Assembly (NCBI GenBank): GCA_040400875.1
Contig: JBBAPK010000004.1
Span: 20,840 to 84,839 of the forward strand
Direction: 5' to 3'
DNA from: Burkholderiaceae bacterium
Lineage (GTDB): Bacteria > Pseudomonadota > Gammaproteobacteria > Burkholderiales > Burkholderiaceae_C
Length of the DNA stretch: 64,000 nt
A program made the translations under genes and the position numbers. A model generated the notes under the pieces. The model did no database searches. It saw nothing but the letters and a program-made list of their open reading frames with translations, and had not been told where the DNA came from. Positions 1-11,276 of the stretch are shown one piece after another (the stretch's first letter is position 1; every line of letters begins with the position of its first letter).

Positions 1-495
1 GGCATGCTGGGCATCGGGCCCTTCCCCACCGAAGACGAAGTCGACGCCGACCTGATCAACGCCGGCAAGCAAACCGTCACCACCATTCCTGGCTCGTCGA
101 TCTTCGGCTCGCACGAGAGCTTCGCGATGATCCGCGGCGGCAAGATCAACCTGAGCATCCTGGGCGCCATGCAAGTCAGCGAGAATGGCGATCTGGCCAA
201 CTGGATGATCCCCGGCAAGATGGTTAAGGGCATGGGCGGCGCGATGGATCTGGTGGCCGGTGTCGCCCGCGTCATCGTGCTGATGGAGCACGTCGCCAAG
301 AAGAAGGACGGCACCATCGACCTGAAGATCATCCCGAACTGCACCTTGCCGCTGACCGGCGTGGGCGTGGTCAATCGCATCATCACCGACCTCGCGGTGA
401 TGGATGTCACCCCTCAAGGCCTGAAGGTGGTCGAGCTAGCTGAAGGCGTCACCCGCGAAGAACTGCAGTCGAAAACAGGCGTGCCCTTGCAGTGA
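1..495 (+). CDS. scoB: 3-oxoacid CoA-transferase subunit B, C-terminal part (5' end cut by window edge)
   Basis: The frame is open from base 1 to TGA at 493-495. The translation carries the B-subunit core [28 protein letters not shown]. Confidence 0.85.
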   Translation, partial: GMLGIGPFPTEDEVDADLINAGKQTVTTIPGSSIFGSHESFAMIRGGKINLSILGAMQVSENGDLANWMIPGKMVKGMGGAMDLVAGVARVIVLMEHVAKKKDGTIDLKIIPNCTLPLTGVGVVNRIITDLAVMDVTPQGLKVVELAEGVTREELQSKTGVPLQ

Positions 496-524
496 ACGGC
501 CACTGTGGCGATGGCGTGTGATTG

Positions 525-2297
525 ATGCGCGCCATTGCCCTGGGTGTGCTGTATCTGGCGGGCTGCGCAGCGAGCGTGGCCCCGCCTGAACCCAGGCTGC
601 CGCTGCAGAGTGAATCAGCCTCGGGCTGGACGCCCAAACCGGGCTGGACCTCCCAGAATTTCATGGTGGCCGCAGCGCATCCGCTGGCCACCGATGCGGG
701 CTACCGCATCCTGAGAGCCGGCGGTTCCGCGCTTGACGCGGCCATCGCCGTGCAGATGGTGCTGACCCTGGTGGAGCCGGATGCCAGCGGAATTGGCGGC
801 GGGGCTTTTCTAATGCACTGGGACGGCGCTGCGGTGCAGGCCTGGGACGGCCGCGAAACCGCACCCGCTGGCGTCGACGCCAATCTGTTCATGGGCACCG
901 ATGGGCGGCCGATGGCCTTTGCGCAGGCCAAACTCGGTGGTCGAGCGGTGGCCACACCCGGTGTGCTGAAGATGCTGCAAGCGGCGCACCGTCAGCACGG
1001 CCGACTGCCCTGGGAGCAGTTGTTTGAGCCGGCCATCACGCTGGCAGAAGACGGGTTCCCCTTGGGTGCCCGACTGCACAGCCTGCTGCAGCAAGACGAC
1101 ACCCTGAAACGCGACACCCGTGCGCGTGCGTATTTCTTTGACGCCCAAGGGCAGCCGCATCCCGTGGGCCATTGTCTGCGCAACCCTGCGCTGGCGGCCG
1201 TGATGCGCTCGCTGGCGGCACAGGGCAGCGAGGCGTTCTACAGTGGGCCGATGGCTGCCGAACTGGTGCAACGCGTGCAGGCGGACGCTGCGCCCGGCGC
1301 CTTGTCGCAGGCCGATCTGGCTGCCTATGTGCCCAGGCAGCACGATGCCATGTGCACGCTGTGGCTCAGCATCTACCGGGTGTGCGGCATGCCGCCGCCG
1401 TCTTCGGGCCATCTGGCGGTGATGCAGATCCTTGGCATGCTCGAGCGTGTGCCGGGCGCGCTCGGTCCGACGCGCGATGCCGATAGCCTGCATGCTTACA
1501 CCGAGGCCTCGCGTCTGGCTTTTGCCGACCGTGCGCAGTACGTGGCCGACCCCGACTTCGTCACCGCGCCCGGTGCCAGTTGGGCCAGCTTGCTCGATGC
1601 GGGTTATCTCGACGAGCGAGCCGCGCTGATCGGCCCGCGGGCCATGAAGGCGGCCCCGGCCGGCCAGCCCCCAGGCGGTCAGCGCAGCGCCTGGGCACCG
1701 ATGCCGCCGCAACCCGAACACGGAACCAGCCACATCAGCGTGGTGGACGCACAGGGTCAGGCGGTGGCCATGACCACCAGCATCGAGGCGGTTTTTGGCG
1801 CCCACGTGATGGCCGATGGCGGCACCGGCTTGGCCGGCGGTTACCTGCTCAACAACCAGATGACGGACTTCTCGCTCGCGCCCACCGACGCCCAAGGCCG
1901 TCCCGTGGCCAATCAGGTTCAGCCAGGCAAACGGCCGCGCTCCAGCATGAGCCCGACGCTGGTGTTCGACGCGCGCGATGGCCGATTGCTGATGACGCTG
2001 GGCTCGCCCGGCGGGCCATTCATCATTCACTACGTGGCCAAGACCTTGCTCGGCACGCTGGCCTGGTCGCTGGATCCGCAGCGCGCCATCGACCTGCCCA
2101 ACATCGGCCTGGTGAATGGCCCGCTGCTGCTCGAGCCCGGTGCCTTCGGTGCCACCACGATCGATGGCCTGCGCCAGCGCGGTCACCGCGTGGTGGAAGC
2201 CGAGTTGCCCAGCGGACTGCAGGCCATACAGCGCACGGCGTCTGGCTGGCGCGGTGGCGCCGATCCGCGGCGAGAAGGCACGGCGCTGGGCGACTGA
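525..2297 (+). CDS. ggt: gamma-glutamyltransferase (lipoprotein-type signal)
   Basis: ATG at 525 (TTG at 522). The N-terminus MRAIALGVLYLAGC has a lipobox. The autoprocessing Thr context EHGTSHISVVD, the GSPGG motif and the ~590 aa length are typical of GGT. Confidence 0.9.
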   Translation: MRAIALGVLYLAGCAASVAPPEPRLPLQSESASGWTPKPGWTSQNFMVAAAHPLATDAGYRILRAGGSALDAAIAVQMVLTLVEPDASGIGGGAFLMHWDGAAVQAWDGRETAPAGVDANLFMGTDGRPMAFAQAKLGGRAVATPGVLKMLQAAHRQHGRLPWEQLFEPAITLAEDGFPLGARLHSLLQQDDTLKRDTRARAYFFDAQGQPHPVGHCLRNPALAAVMRSLAAQGSEAFYSGPMAAELVQRVQADAAPGALSQADLAAYVPRQHDAMCTLWLSIYRVCGMPPPSSGHLAVMQILGMLERVPGALGPTRDADSLHAYTEASRLAFADRAQYVADPDFVTAPGASWASLLDAGYLDERAALIGPRAMKAAPAGQPPGGQRSAWAPMPPQPEHGTSHISVVDAQGQAVAMTTSIEAVFGAHVMADGGTGLAGGYLLNNQMTDFSLAPTDAQGRPVANQVQPGKRPRSSMSPTLVFDARDGRLLMTLGSPGGPFIIHYVAKTLLGTLAWSLDPQRAIDLPNIGLVNGPLLLEPGAFGATTIDGLRQRGHRVVEAELPSGLQAIQRTASGWRGGADPRREGTALGD

Positions 2298-2317
2298 GTC
2301 TGTCGCCGCTCGGCCGC

Positions 2318-3358
2318 TCAGCCGCGCTGCTGAAGTGCCCGCGCTGCCTCGGTCACGAGCTCCGGCCCCTTGTAGATGAACCCGGTGTAGATCTGCACCA
2401 GGTCCGCCCCTGCAGCCATCTTGGCGCAGGCGTCGGCACCGTTCATCACGCCACCCACGCCGATGATGGTAAAGCCCGCACCGAGTTCGGCGCGCAGTTG
2501 TCGAATGACGGCGTTGCTCGCCTCGAAGACCGGCGAGCCCGACAGGCCGCCAGCTTCTTCAGCGTGGGGCAGGTGCTTGACGGCTTCGCGCGAAATCGTG
2601 GTGTTGGTGGCAATGACGCCGCTGATGCCGTGGCGCTTGAGCGTGGCGGCGATCACCCGCACCTGGTCTTCGGACAGGTCGGGTGCGATCTTCACGAACA
2701 GCGGCACCTTGCGGCCGTGCTGGCGGGCCAGCGACTCATCGCGCTCGGCGAGTGCGGCGAGCAGCGACTCGAGCGCGTCATCGGACTGCAGCGCACGCAG
2801 GTTTTGGGTGTTGGGCGACGAGATGTTGACCGCCACGTAGTCGGCGTGCGGGTACACGCCATCGAGTCCGATCAGGTAGTCGTCGACCGCGCGTTCGATC
2901 GGCGTGGCCGCGTTCTTGCCGATGTTCAGACCCAGGATCCCGCCTTGAGAGCGAAAGCGCGCGCGCTGCACATTAGCGACAAAGGCGGCCAGCCCGTCGT
3001 TGTTGAAGCCCAGCCGGTTTATCAGCGCGTTGGCTTCGGTCAGGCGCCACATGCGCGGCTTGGGGTTGCCGGGTTGTGCCAGCGGCGTGACGGTACCGAC
3101 CTCGACGAAGCCAAACCCCAGGGAGCCCAGCGCGTCAATGCAGCGGCCGTTCTTGTCGAGCCCGGCAGCCAGGCCGATGCGGTTGGGAAAGTGCAGGCCG
3201 GCGATGGTCACCGGGTCGTCGACGCGTGTCTGACTGATGGTGCACGCCAGCGGCGAGTGCTGCAGGCGTGCCAGCGTTTCCATCGTCAGGTCGTGGGCCT
3301 GCTCGGGGTCGAGGCTGAAGAGCAGGTGACGGGTCAGCGAGTAGGGAAGCAGTGCCAT
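2318..3358 (-). CDS. pyrD: dihydroorotate dehydrogenase (quinone), class 2
   Basis: 346 aa. It is collinear with PyrD: N-terminal [31 protein letters not shown] and IIGVGGV motifs. Confidence 0.95.
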   Translation of the reverse strand: MALLPYSLTRHLLFSLDPEQAHDLTMETLARLQHSPLACTISQTRVDDPVTIAGLHFPNRIGLAAGLDKNGRCIDALGSLGFGFVEVGTVTPLAQPGNPKPRMWRLTEANALINRLGFNNDGLAAFVANVQRARFRSQGGILGLNIGKNAATPIERAVDDYLIGLDGVYPHADYVAVNISSPNTQNLRALQSDDALESLLAALAERDESLARQHGRKVPLFVKIAPDLSEDQVRVIAATLKRHGISGVIATNTTISREAVKHLPHAEEAGGLSGSPVFEASNAVIRQLRAELGAGFTIIGVGGVMNGADACAKMAAGADLVQIYTGFIYKGPELVTEAARALQQRG

Positions 3359-3420
3359 GCGAGTTGGCGCTCGAGGGGCGCGCTTGATAATTAGGGCATT
3401 GTCTCAAACGGTGTTTTCCG

Positions 3421-4092
3421 ATGACCCAGGATGAACTGAAGGTGATGGTCGGCCAGGCGGCGCTGGCGCATGTGGTGGCGGGCAGCGTGGTCGGCGTGGG
3501 CACCGGCTCGACGGTCAACTGCTTCATCGATGCGCTGGCCGCGATGCGCGATCGCATCGCCGGTGCGGTGTCGAGCAGCGAGGCCAGCAGCCAGCGTTTG
3601 CGCGCGCACGGCATCACGGTGCTCGAGAGCCATCTGGTCGAGCGCATCCCGGTCTACATCGACGGGGCTGACGAGATCGACCCGCACGGCCACATGGTCA
3701 AGGGCGGCGGTGCAGCGCTCACGCGCGAAAAGATCGTGGCCGATCTGGCCGATTGCTTTGTGTGCATCGCCGATGAGTCCAAGCGCGTGGACGTGCTCGG
3801 GCGGTTTCCACTGCCGGTTGAGGTGATCCCGATGGCCGCGGCCCAGATCGCGCGGCGCTTCGCGGCCATGGGCGCAAGAGCTGTCTTGCGCGCCGGGGTG
3901 GTCACCGACAACGGCGGTCACATCATCGATGTGCAAGGCCTGCAGATCACCGATCCGCTGGCGATGGAGTGCGACATCAACCAATGGCCGGGCGTGGTGA
4001 CAGTGGGCATCTTTGCGCGCCACAAGGCCCGCGTGTGCCTGTTCGGCACGCCACGCGGCGTCGAGACGGTGAGATACGACACCCCCGCGTGA
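3421..4092 (+). CDS. rpiA: ribose-5-phosphate isomerase A
   Basis: 223 aa with GVGTGST, DGADEID and [11 protein letters not shown] motifs characteristic of RpiA. Confidence 0.95.
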   Translation: MTQDELKVMVGQAALAHVVAGSVVGVGTGSTVNCFIDALAAMRDRIAGAVSSSEASSQRLRAHGITVLESHLVERIPVYIDGADEIDPHGHMVKGGGAALTREKIVADLADCFVCIADESKRVDVLGRFPLPVEVIPMAAAQIARRFAAMGARAVLRAGVVTDNGGHIIDVQGLQITDPLAMECDINQWPGVVTVGIFARHKARVCLFGTPRGVETVRYDTPA

Positions 4093-4150
4093 TGCGCCAG
4101 CGCGCTGCCAAAACAGCGTAACCTCGCGACCTGTCTTTTCAAGTGGATGC

Positions 4151-4339
4151 ATGCCCATGGCCAAGCCCAACTACTCGTTCGAAAAGCGTCAGCGCGAGCT
4201 GGCCAAGAAAAAGAAAAAAGAAGAGAAGTTGAAGGACAAGACCGAGCGCAAGCACGTCGGTGAAGGCGAGCCAGAGTCGACTGACGCGCAAGCCGAGCCA
4301 TCCGAGGCCTCTGGCGAACCGGAACAGCCGCCAGCCTGA
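4151..4339 (+). CDS. small Lys/Glu-rich hypothetical protein (62 aa)
   Basis: ATG ORF in a 280-nt gap between rpiA and mnmC. It has a charged N-terminal half (KPNYSFEKRQRELAKKKKKEEKLKDK) and an acidic Pro/Glu tail. Codon third positions are GC-rich like the neighbours. I recognise no domain. Confidence 0.5.
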   Translation: MPMAKPNYSFEKRQRELAKKKKKEEKLKDKTERKHVGEGEPESTDAQAEPSEASGEPEQPPA

Positions 4340-4374
4340 TTTCACAAGTCGGTGCCTCGCGCGCGGCGCGCTGC

Positions 4375-6252
4375 TCAGACCTGTCGTCTGGATCGTCTGC
4401 TGACGAAGCGAGCCGCATCCACGCTGTCGAGCAAGCTCGCCTCGATCGGTGCGGGTGCGCGCGCGATCGATGCGGCCACGATCTGCGCCGACAGCGCCGC
4501 CCATGTGATGCCGCGCGAACCGAATGCAGTGCACGCATGCAGCCCGGCCAGGCGCGGCACCTGACGCGGCTGCTCCAGACCCGACAGCGCCAACGCGCCG
4601 CTCAAGTCGGGCACGCCGCCGAGCACCGGCAGCCTGTCGTCGGTGCTCCAGCGCCAGCCGGTGCGCCCGCGCAGGCCTGCGGTGTCTGAACCCAGGTCCA
4701 CGCCGCACAGCCGCGACAGCTGGAGAAGGTTCAGACGGTGGTCGGCATCGCGCACCGAAGCGTCTTCGTCATCGGTCTGCGCGGTGGCCCCGAAGATCAC
4801 GTCGTCACCCAAGCAGGGCAGCAAGTAGCCCGAACCCGTCACCGGCATCGAGGGCAGCGTGAGCCCGGGCAGCCGCGAGCGAGGCGCGATGCTGATTTGC
4901 CCGCGCACCGCACGCATCGGCCAGGCATCGGGCTGCGATGCCGGCATGAAAGGCCGCAGCAGACGCAGCGCATCGCCGGCATTGGCCAGCACCACATGCG
5001 GTGCCTCAGCCAGCGTCGAACCCTGCGCATCGAGCAAGCGCCAGCCGCCATTCATGCGTTCGAGGGCGTCGATCTGTGTGCCCGTGCGCAGCGTGCACAG
5101 CGCGCCCGCTCGCTCCAGAAACGAACGTGCTAGTCCGCCCGGCTGCACCCAGCCGCCGCCGGGGTACCACCACGCCGGATGAGGCAAGGGCCAGCCGCAG
5201 CGAGCCGAGGCTTCATGTGCCGACAGCGCCTGGACATAGTCGGGCGGCAGGCGCAAACGCTCGAGCATGTCGCGCATGTCGTCGACGCTCAAAGACGCGG
5301 TTTCGCGCCGCAACAGGCCATCTGCGCTGCCTTGAACTGCGTGCGATGTCAGTGCGGTGGATACCGCGCGGTGCGCCTCGAGTGCTGCGGCGCGATTGAA
5401 GCGGGCATGAGCGCCATCTTGCGGGTTGACGATGCCGTGGAACAAGCCCGCCGGGTTGCCCGATGTTTCAAGGGCGGGCGCCCGATGGCGTTCGAAGACC
5501 GTGCTGCGCAGCCCCTGTTCGGCCAGCGCCCAGGCCATCGCGCCACCTGCCAGACCACCCCCGACCACCAGCACCTGAGCGGATTCGCCCGAGGCGCTCT
5601 GGTGACGCGGCCCGACCGATCGACGCGGCGTGTAGCTCGGCGCGTATTGCCATAGGTTGGGCACTGACGGGTGCTGCGCGCCTTGCGATGGCACCGGCAT
5701 GAAGCCCGCAGGCCGCAGCGCGGGGCTGGGATCCTCAGCGGCGGTGGCGGGCTGACCACCGAAGCTGAGCGTGGCCTGAGCGGCGGCCAGCCGAGCCAGC
5801 GCCTTGGCCAGTCGGGGGTCGAAGGCGTATCCATGGGCGCCGGCAAAGTCGCTGCGACTCAGCCAGAAGGCATCGATCTCGGCGACCAGTTCGCGCAGCG
5901 CGGCCCCGAGACTCAGGGGCACCAGCAGCCATTGGACGCGGCCGTCTTCAAAGGACAGCCGGTGCATGTTGGGGGTGAGCGTTGGCCACGCATCGCGAAC
6001 CGCGCCGGCCAAGGGGTGCGCGCCATCAGGATCGAGCGCGAAATGCTGCGACACGCTGATCACATGCAGGCGGTCGCAGCGGTTTGCATCGTGCTGCCAT
6101 GTCTGCCAGCATTCGAGGAAGTGCCGGCCGCCATCGAACACCCCGTCGAGCACCACAAAGTGCGCGCGGTTTTGCCACGCAGGACTCAGCAGTCGACACA
6201 GCGACGCTGCCGAGTCGACCGGCTCGGCTGAACCGGTCGGCGTGGCAGTCAC
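4375..6252 (-). CDS. mnmC: bifunctional tRNA mnm5s2U34 methyltransferase / FAD-dependent cmnm5s2U34 oxidoreductase
   Basis: 625 aa. The N-terminal MnmD-like region (FVVLDGVFDGGRHFLECW) is followed by a FAD dinucleotide fold VLVVGGGLAGGAMAWALAEQG and a DAO-like C-terminal domain. Confidence 0.85.
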   Translation of the reverse strand: MTATPTGSAEPVDSAASLCRLLSPAWQNRAHFVVLDGVFDGGRHFLECWQTWQHDANRCDRLHVISVSQHFALDPDGAHPLAGAVRDAWPTLTPNMHRLSFEDGRVQWLLVPLSLGAALRELVAEIDAFWLSRSDFAGAHGYAFDPRLAKALARLAAAQATLSFGGQPATAAEDPSPALRPAGFMPVPSQGAQHPSVPNLWQYAPSYTPRRSVGPRHQSASGESAQVLVVGGGLAGGAMAWALAEQGLRSTVFERHRAPALETSGNPAGLFHGIVNPQDGAHARFNRAAALEAHRAVSTALTSHAVQGSADGLLRRETASLSVDDMRDMLERLRLPPDYVQALSAHEASARCGWPLPHPAWWYPGGGWVQPGGLARSFLERAGALCTLRTGTQIDALERMNGGWRLLDAQGSTLAEAPHVVLANAGDALRLLRPFMPASQPDAWPMRAVRGQISIAPRSRLPGLTLPSMPVTGSGYLLPCLGDDVIFGATAQTDDEDASVRDADHRLNLLQLSRLCGVDLGSDTAGLRGRTGWRWSTDDRLPVLGGVPDLSGALALSGLEQPRQVPRLAGLHACTAFGSRGITWAALSAQIVAASIARAPAPIEASLLDSVDAARFVSRRSRRQV

Positions 6253-6259
6253 ATCCGGC

Positions 6260-6814
6260 TCAGACGCGCTTGCGGTATTCGTGCGTGCGGGTGTCGATTT
6301 CGACCTTGTCGCCCGTCTGCACGAACAGGGGCACCGAGATCTCGAAGCCGGTGGACAGCTTGGCGTTCTTCAGGACCTTGCCTGAGGTGTCGCCCTTGAC
6401 GGCAGGCTCGGTCTCGATGATTTCGCGCACCAGGCTGGTGGGCAATTCGACCGAGATCGCCTTGCCGTCATAGAAGACCACTTCGACAGACATTGCGTCT
6501 TCCAGATACTGGAGGGCGTCGCCCATGTTCTCGCTTTCGACTTCAAACTGGTTGTAGTCAGCATCCATGAAGGCGTACATCGGATCGGCGAAGTAGGAGT
6601 AGGTGCACTCCTTCTTGTCGAGGATGACCTGGTCCATCTTGTCGTCGGCCTTGAAGACGACTTCGGTGCCCGAACTGCTGAGCAAGCTCTTGAGCTTCAT
6701 GCGCACCGTGGCGGAGTTGCGGCCGCCGCGGCTGTATTCCGTGCGCAAGACGACCATCGGGTCCTTGCCGTGCATGATGACGTTGCCGGCGCGAATTTCC
6801 TGTGCGATTTTCAT
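6260..6814 (-). CDS. efp: elongation factor P (Arg32 type)
   Basis: The tracked ORF is longer; the ATG at 6814 gives 184 aa starting [17 protein letters not shown]. The loop is SRGGRNSA with Arg at position 32, and the KOW/OB layout is typical of EF-P. Confidence 0.95.
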   Translation of the reverse strand: MKIAQEIRAGNVIMHGKDPMVVLRTEYSRGGRNSATVRMKLKSLLSSSGTEVVFKADDKMDQVILDKKECTYSYFADPMYAFMDADYNQFEVESENMGDALQYLEDAMSVEVVFYDGKAISVELPTSLVREIIETEPAVKGDTSGKVLKNAKLSTGFEISVPLFVQTGDKVEIDTRTHEYRKRV

Positions 6815-6901
6815 GACGCTATCCGTTGAGTGCCCGGGAAATGGGCTGGTGAGTTGCGCGTGACAAGACGCGAAGCGCTGCGTGAAGCACAGCAAAAAGC
6901 C

Positions 6902-8086
6902 CTAAATTTTAGCCGCTCCGGCAAGGCGTTTGGCGTGCGCGAAGGCCAGCAATTGCGTCACGAGGTCAGCTTGCATGAAAAGCGCGTCTCGCCAAGCCTC
7001 ACAACGCTCGCGCCAGCGCGACATCGATTCGTCGCCATTCAACACCGACCAGGCCTCGGTCGATGGCGAGTCGCGGCTTGCCGAACCTTGGTTCCAGCAG
7101 GCCCAGACCCGGCGCACCGCATCGGCTGTCGATGAGGACCGATCGGGAAATGCCCGCGACAGGAATGCATCCAGCTTGATGAAATGGGCTGCATCGTCTT
7201 GCGGATAAATCTGCCAGATGAAGGGTGCTCCGGCCCAGAGGGCGCGCACCAGCGAATCTTCGCCGCGCACGAAGTTCACATCGCATGACCACAGCAACTC
7301 GTCATAGCCCCGCTGGCTGAGCCAGGGCAGGGGATGGACGCGCAGCAGGTCCCAGCAGTGCGCGCTGGGCGCGGCTTCGGCCATCACGCGCTCGACCTGC
7401 TCGGTGGCGTGGCCGGGTGTGGTCAGCAGCAGCGTGGGCTGCTGCCCCAGCGATTTCATCAACGCAGGCAACTCGGGGTTGTCATAGCAAAACAGGCTGA
7501 CCAGCCGTTCGCCGGGCCGCGGCGTGATCGCCTGCTCGGCCAGCCACAGGTCTCGGCGAAAGTTGTTACGGCGCTCAACCAGATCAAGTTCGCGCAGCAG
7601 GCCGCCGGTGCCTGCGGTGAAGCCGGGATAAAAGAAATGCGCCGTCAAGCCACGGCCCGCACCACTGCATTGCAGTGACGGCAGCTGGTGGTTGCGCTCA
7701 ACATAGGCCTCGGCACTCAGGTATTCCAGGTTGATCCACAGCGGCGCCAGGTCGATTGGTTGAAGGCTTGCCATCCACCTCAGGCAAGCATTGGGCAGTG
7801 CGCATCCAAAGGCTTCGATCACCACGTCGGACGGTGCACGTTGCGCGATGCGCATCTCGTCATCGCCTGCGGGCCAGGGATGAACCGTCACGCCCGCGCA
7901 ACCCTCGGGTGCCATCCAGGCCAACGCGCTCGCGTCGTCAATCCACAAGCGCACCTCGATGCCTCGGGATGCCAGATCGGCCGCCAGCCGCCAGCACACG
8001 CCAGCATCGCCATGGTTGTCGACCACACGGCAAAAGACATCCCAAATGACGGGTTGGCTTCTTCGCGCGATCGGATCGGTGGGCAT
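6902..8086 (-). CDS. earP: EF-P arginine-32 rhamnosyltransferase EarP
   Basis: The N-terminal signature [29 protein letters not shown] matches the EarP (DUF2331) family, and the gene lies immediately upstream of an R32-type efp. I chose the start at the ATG 13 codons before WDVFC; the tracked ORF extends to 8143. Confidence 0.85.
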   Translation of the reverse strand: MPTDPIARRSQPVIWDVFCRVVDNHGDAGVCWRLAADLASRGIEVRLWIDDASALAWMAPEGCAGVTVHPWPAGDDEMRIAQRAPSDVVIEAFGCALPNACLRWMASLQPIDLAPLWINLEYLSAEAYVERNHQLPSLQCSGAGRGLTAHFFYPGFTAGTGGLLRELDLVERRNNFRRDLWLAEQAITPRPGERLVSLFCYDNPELPALMKSLGQQPTLLLTTPGHATEQVERVMAEAAPSAHCWDLLRVHPLPWLSQRGYDELLWSCDVNFVRGEDSLVRALWAGAPFIWQIYPQDDAAHFIKLDAFLSRAFPDRSSSTADAVRRVWACWNQGSASRDSPSTEAWSVLNGDESMSRWRERCEAWRDALFMQADLVTQLLAFAHAKRLAGAAKI

Positions 8087-8120
8087 GAAAGGATTATCCG
8101 AATCGGCACAATCGTCTCCG

Positions 8121-10208
8121 ATGCCTGATTCGCCCGAAGCCACACCACCGTCGACAGCCAGCTCCGCCAGCGCAGCGGTCTCGCCAGACGCTGGCGCGCT
8201 TCGCGAGCAGTTGCTGGCCGATGTGGCTGCGCTGCCCGCCCTGCCCGGGGTGTACCGCTACTTCGACGCCAACGACGGTGTGCTTTATGTGGGCAAGGCG
8301 CGCGATCTGAAAAAGCGCGTGTCCAGTTATTTCCAGAAGCAGCACGGCGGCACGCGCATCGGCCACATGATCACGAAGATCGTGCGCATGGAGACCACGG
8401 TGGTGCGCTCCGAGGCCGAGGCGCTGCTGCTCGAGAACAACCTGATCAAGGCGCTGAACCCGCGCTACAACATCCTCTTTCGCGACGACAAAAGCTACCC
8501 GTATCTCAAGATCACCGGCACCTCAAGTTCATCCGGCAAGGCTTCATCACTCGCGGGGCAGTACCCCCGGATGGCCTACTACCGTGGCCCGATCGACAAG
8601 CGCCACCGCTACTTCGGCCCCTATCCCAGCGCCTGGGCGGTGAAGGAGTCGATCCAGCTGCTGCAAAAGGTGTTTCGCCTGCGCACCTGCGAAGACAGTG
8701 TGTTCAGCAACCGCAGCCGGCCGTGTCTGCTGCACCAGATCAAGCGCTGCTCGGCGCCCTGCGTGCAGTTGATCTCGCCGCAGGACTATGCGATCGACGT
8801 GCAGCATGCCGAACGCTTCCTGCGCGGTGAGCAGCAGCAGGTGATGGACACGATGCAAGCGCAGATGATGGCCCTGGCCGAGCAGCTCAAGTTCGAACAG
8901 GCCGCCGAGATCCGCAACCAGCTGAGCGCGCTGTCCAGGGTGCTGCACCAGCAGTCGGTCGAGGACAACAGCGGCGTCAGCACCAAAGACGTCGATGTGC
9001 TCGCGGTGAAGGTGCAAGGCGGGCGTGCCTGCGTCAATCTCGCCATGGTGCGAGGCGGCAGGCACCTGGGAGACCGACCCTACTTTCCGGTTCATGTCGA
9101 GGACGCCACGTCGCTGGCCGCAGGCGCTGCTGCCGATGAGCCATCCAGCGCAGCAGCCGGACTGGCGCCCGAGACCCTGGTGCTTGAGGCCTTCATGGCC
9201 CAGCACTACCTAGAAGGGGCCATGCCGCCGCTGCTGCTGGTCAGCCACGCGGTCGACAAGTCGCTCATCGAAGCGCTGGCCGCACACAGCGGTGTGAAGG
9301 TCAGCGTGCAGCACCAGCCCCGTGACGCACGACGCGCGTGGCTCGACATGTGCATCAAGGGTGCTGAACTGAGACTGGCCCAGTTGCTCGCCGAAGAAGG
9401 TTCGCAACAGGCCCGAACCCGCGCGCTCATTGATGCGCTGGGTCTGGAAGTTGATCAGCTGGATGTGTTTCGAATCGAATGCTTTGACGTCAGCCACACG
9501 GCGGGCGAAGCGACACAGGCCTCATGCGTGGTGTTCGAGAACCATAAGATGCAAAGCGCCCAGTACCGCCGCTACAACATCGATGGCATCACCCCAGGCG
9601 ACGACTATGCGGCGATGAAGCAGGTGCTGATGCGCCGCTACGGCAAAGTCGCCGCGCAGTGGGCGAAGTGGGCTGAAGTTGGGGATTCGGTGGCCGATCG
9701 CGACGCTGATGACTCTGTGCCCACGTTTGAAGACGAGCCCTCAACCAAACGCGGGCTGCGACCGCCCGACCTGGTGCTGGTCGACGGTGGGCGGGGACAG
9801 GTCAGTATGGCGCGCGAGGTCTTCGAGGAATTGGGCATCGATCTCGGTCTGATCGCGGGCGTCGAAAAAGGCGAGGGCCGCAAGGTCGGGCTGGAGGAGC
9901 TGGTGTTTGCCGACGGACGCGCCAAGGTCAGTCTGGGTCACGACTCTGCCGCGCTGATGCTGATTGCGCAGATACGCGACGAGGCCCATCGCTTTGCCAT
10001 CACCGGTATGCGCGCCCGGCGCGCGAGCGTTCGCACGGGCGGCAGCCAGCTCGAAGACATTCCCGGTGTCGGCCCCAAAAAACGCGCCAAGCTGCTGCAG
10101 CGTTTCGGGGGCGTTCGTGGTGTGGCCAGTGCCAGCGTGGACGACTTGCTCAAGGTCGACGGCATATCCAGGGACCTGGCCGAAGCGATCTACCGAAGCC
10201 TGCGCTGA
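8121..10208 (+). CDS. uvrC: excinuclease ABC subunit C
   Basis: GIY-YIG motif ([30 protein letters not shown]), UVR domain, RNase H-like endonuclease domain and C-terminal (HhH)2 ([18 protein letters not shown]). The start is ambiguous: ATG at 8121 or 8085. The tracked ORF start at 7959 is unlikely. Confidence 0.9.
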   Translation: MPDSPEATPPSTASSASAAVSPDAGALREQLLADVAALPALPGVYRYFDANDGVLYVGKARDLKKRVSSYFQKQHGGTRIGHMITKIVRMETTVVRSEAEALLLENNLIKALNPRYNILFRDDKSYPYLKITGTSSSSGKASSLAGQYPRMAYYRGPIDKRHRYFGPYPSAWAVKESIQLLQKVFRLRTCEDSVFSNRSRPCLLHQIKRCSAPCVQLISPQDYAIDVQHAERFLRGEQQQVMDTMQAQMMALAEQLKFEQAAEIRNQLSALSRVLHQQSVEDNSGVSTKDVDVLAVKVQGGRACVNLAMVRGGRHLGDRPYFPVHVEDATSLAAGAAADEPSSAAAGLAPETLVLEAFMAQHYLEGAMPPLLLVSHAVDKSLIEALAAHSGVKVSVQHQPRDARRAWLDMCIKGAELRLAQLLAEEGSQQARTRALIDALGLEVDQLDVFRIECFDVSHTAGEATQASCVVFENHKMQSAQYRRYNIDGITPGDDYAAMKQVLMRRYGKVAAQWAKWAEVGDSVADRDADDSVPTFEDEPSTKRGLRPPDLVLVDGGRGQVSMAREVFEELGIDLGLIAGVEKGEGRKVGLEELVFADGRAKVSLGHDSAALMLIAQIRDEAHRFAITGMRARRASVRTGGSQLEDIPGVGPKKRAKLLQRFGGVRGVASASVDDLLKVDGISRDLAEAIYRSLR

Positions 10209-10250
10209 ACGCCTGCAGTCGTGTCATTGCAGCAAGTCACAATTCGCCGC

Positions 10251-10817
10251 ATGTTTTTCAATTTGCCCACTCTGCTCACTTGGGCACGCATCGTTTCCAT
10301 ACCTCTGGTCGTGGGTGTTTTTTACCTGGACTTGCAGGATCAGACCCGCAATCTCATCGCCACCGTGCTGTTCATCGTGGTGGCGCTCACCGATTGGGCT
10401 GACGGCTATCTGGCGCGCAAGCTCAACATGACGTCGGCATTCGGCGCCTTTCTCGATCCGGTCGCCGACAAGTTTCTGGTGTGTGCAGCGCTGCTGATCC
10501 TGGTGCACCTGAACCGGCTGCACGCACTGGTGGCGCTGGTCATCATCGGACGCGAGATCGCGATTTCGGCGTTGCGCGAATGGATGGCGCAAATCGGCGC
10601 CTCGCGCAGCGTGGCGGTGCACATGCTGGGCAAGGTCAAGACCGCGGTGCAGATGATCGCCATACCTTTCTTGCTGTATCACGGCGCGTTGTTCGGCGTG
10701 ATCGACACCCAGTTGTGGGGCACGGTACTGATCTACGCGTCGGCGGTGCTGACGGTGTGGTCGATGGTTTACTACCTTCAAAAAGCCCTGCCCGAAATTC
10801 GCGCGAAGGGACGATGA
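10251..10817 (+). CDS. pgsA: CDP-diacylglycerol--glycerol-3-phosphate 3-phosphatidyltransferase
   Basis: The ATG at 10251 gives [19 protein letters not shown], aligning with the PgsA N-terminus. The CDP-alcohol phosphatidyltransferase motif [27 protein letters not shown] is present. Confidence 0.9.
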   Translation: MFFNLPTLLTWARIVSIPLVVGVFYLDLQDQTRNLIATVLFIVVALTDWADGYLARKLNMTSAFGAFLDPVADKFLVCAALLILVHLNRLHALVALVIIGREIAISALREWMAQIGASRSVAVHMLGKVKTAVQMIAIPFLLYHGALFGVIDTQLWGTVLIYASAVLTVWSMVYYLQKALPEIRAKGR

Positions 10818-10879
10818 GGCAACCCCAAGGGCGCCACCACAGCGCACTGCGGATGCATCGATAGAATTAAGAGGCTTGC

Positions 10880-10908
10880 TTGACATCCCGCTGCCCCGCG
10901 GCTGTAAT
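10880..10908 (+). promoter_or_regulatory. sigma70-like promoter upstream of hupB
   Basis: TTGACA (10880-10885), a 17-nt spacer, then TGTAAT (10903-10908), about 85 nt upstream of the hupB start. Confidence 0.5.
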
Positions 10909-10992
10909 TCTTGGTGGCCCGGATCTGGCGACACTCGCAATCGCGGTCTGCGAACACACCGCACATCCCAAAAAATATTCGAGGGGAAGTCA

Positions 10993-11265
10993 TTGAACAA
11001 GTCAGAACTGATCGAGCACATCGCCACGCAGGCCGACATCTCGAAAGCGGCCTCGGGCCGAGCACTCGAGGCTTTTATCGGCGCCGTTAAGACCACGCTG
11101 AAGAAGGGCAACAGCGTGACCCTGATCGGCTTTGGCACCTTCGATGTCACCAAGCGCGCAAAGCGCAGCGGTCGCAACCCGCGCACCGGCGAAGCCATCA
11201 CGATCAAGGCGGCCAAGATTCCAAAATTCCGCGCCGGCAAGGCTTTGAAAGACGCGGTCAAGTGA
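10993..11265 (+). CDS. hupB: HU family DNA-binding protein
   Basis: TTG start at 10993 preceded by GAGGGGAAG. The 90 aa begin (M)[10 protein letters not shown], and the arm motif [30 protein letters not shown] is present. Confidence 0.9.
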   Translation: MNKSELIEHIATQADISKAASGRALEAFIGAVKTTLKKGNSVTLIGFGTFDVTKRAKRSGRNPRTGEAITIKAAKIPKFRAGKALKDAVK

Positions 11266-11276
11266 TTCGGGACTGT

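Noticed and set aside
810-3394. Very long ORFs antisense to ggt and pyrD (810-2186 minus, 458 aa; 1580-3394 plus, 604 aa).
   Set aside because: They lie opposite genes with unmistakable homology-type motifs. Their translations are Arg/Ala/Gly/Pro-rich and low-complexity, as expected for stop-poor alternative frames in high-GC DNA. I found no start context or recognisable motifs.
10224-11261. A 345-aa minus-strand ORF spanning pgsA, the hupB promoter and hupB.
   Set aside because: It crosses an intergenic promoter region and two well-supported plus-strand genes, and I recognise no family features. I treat it as an artefact.
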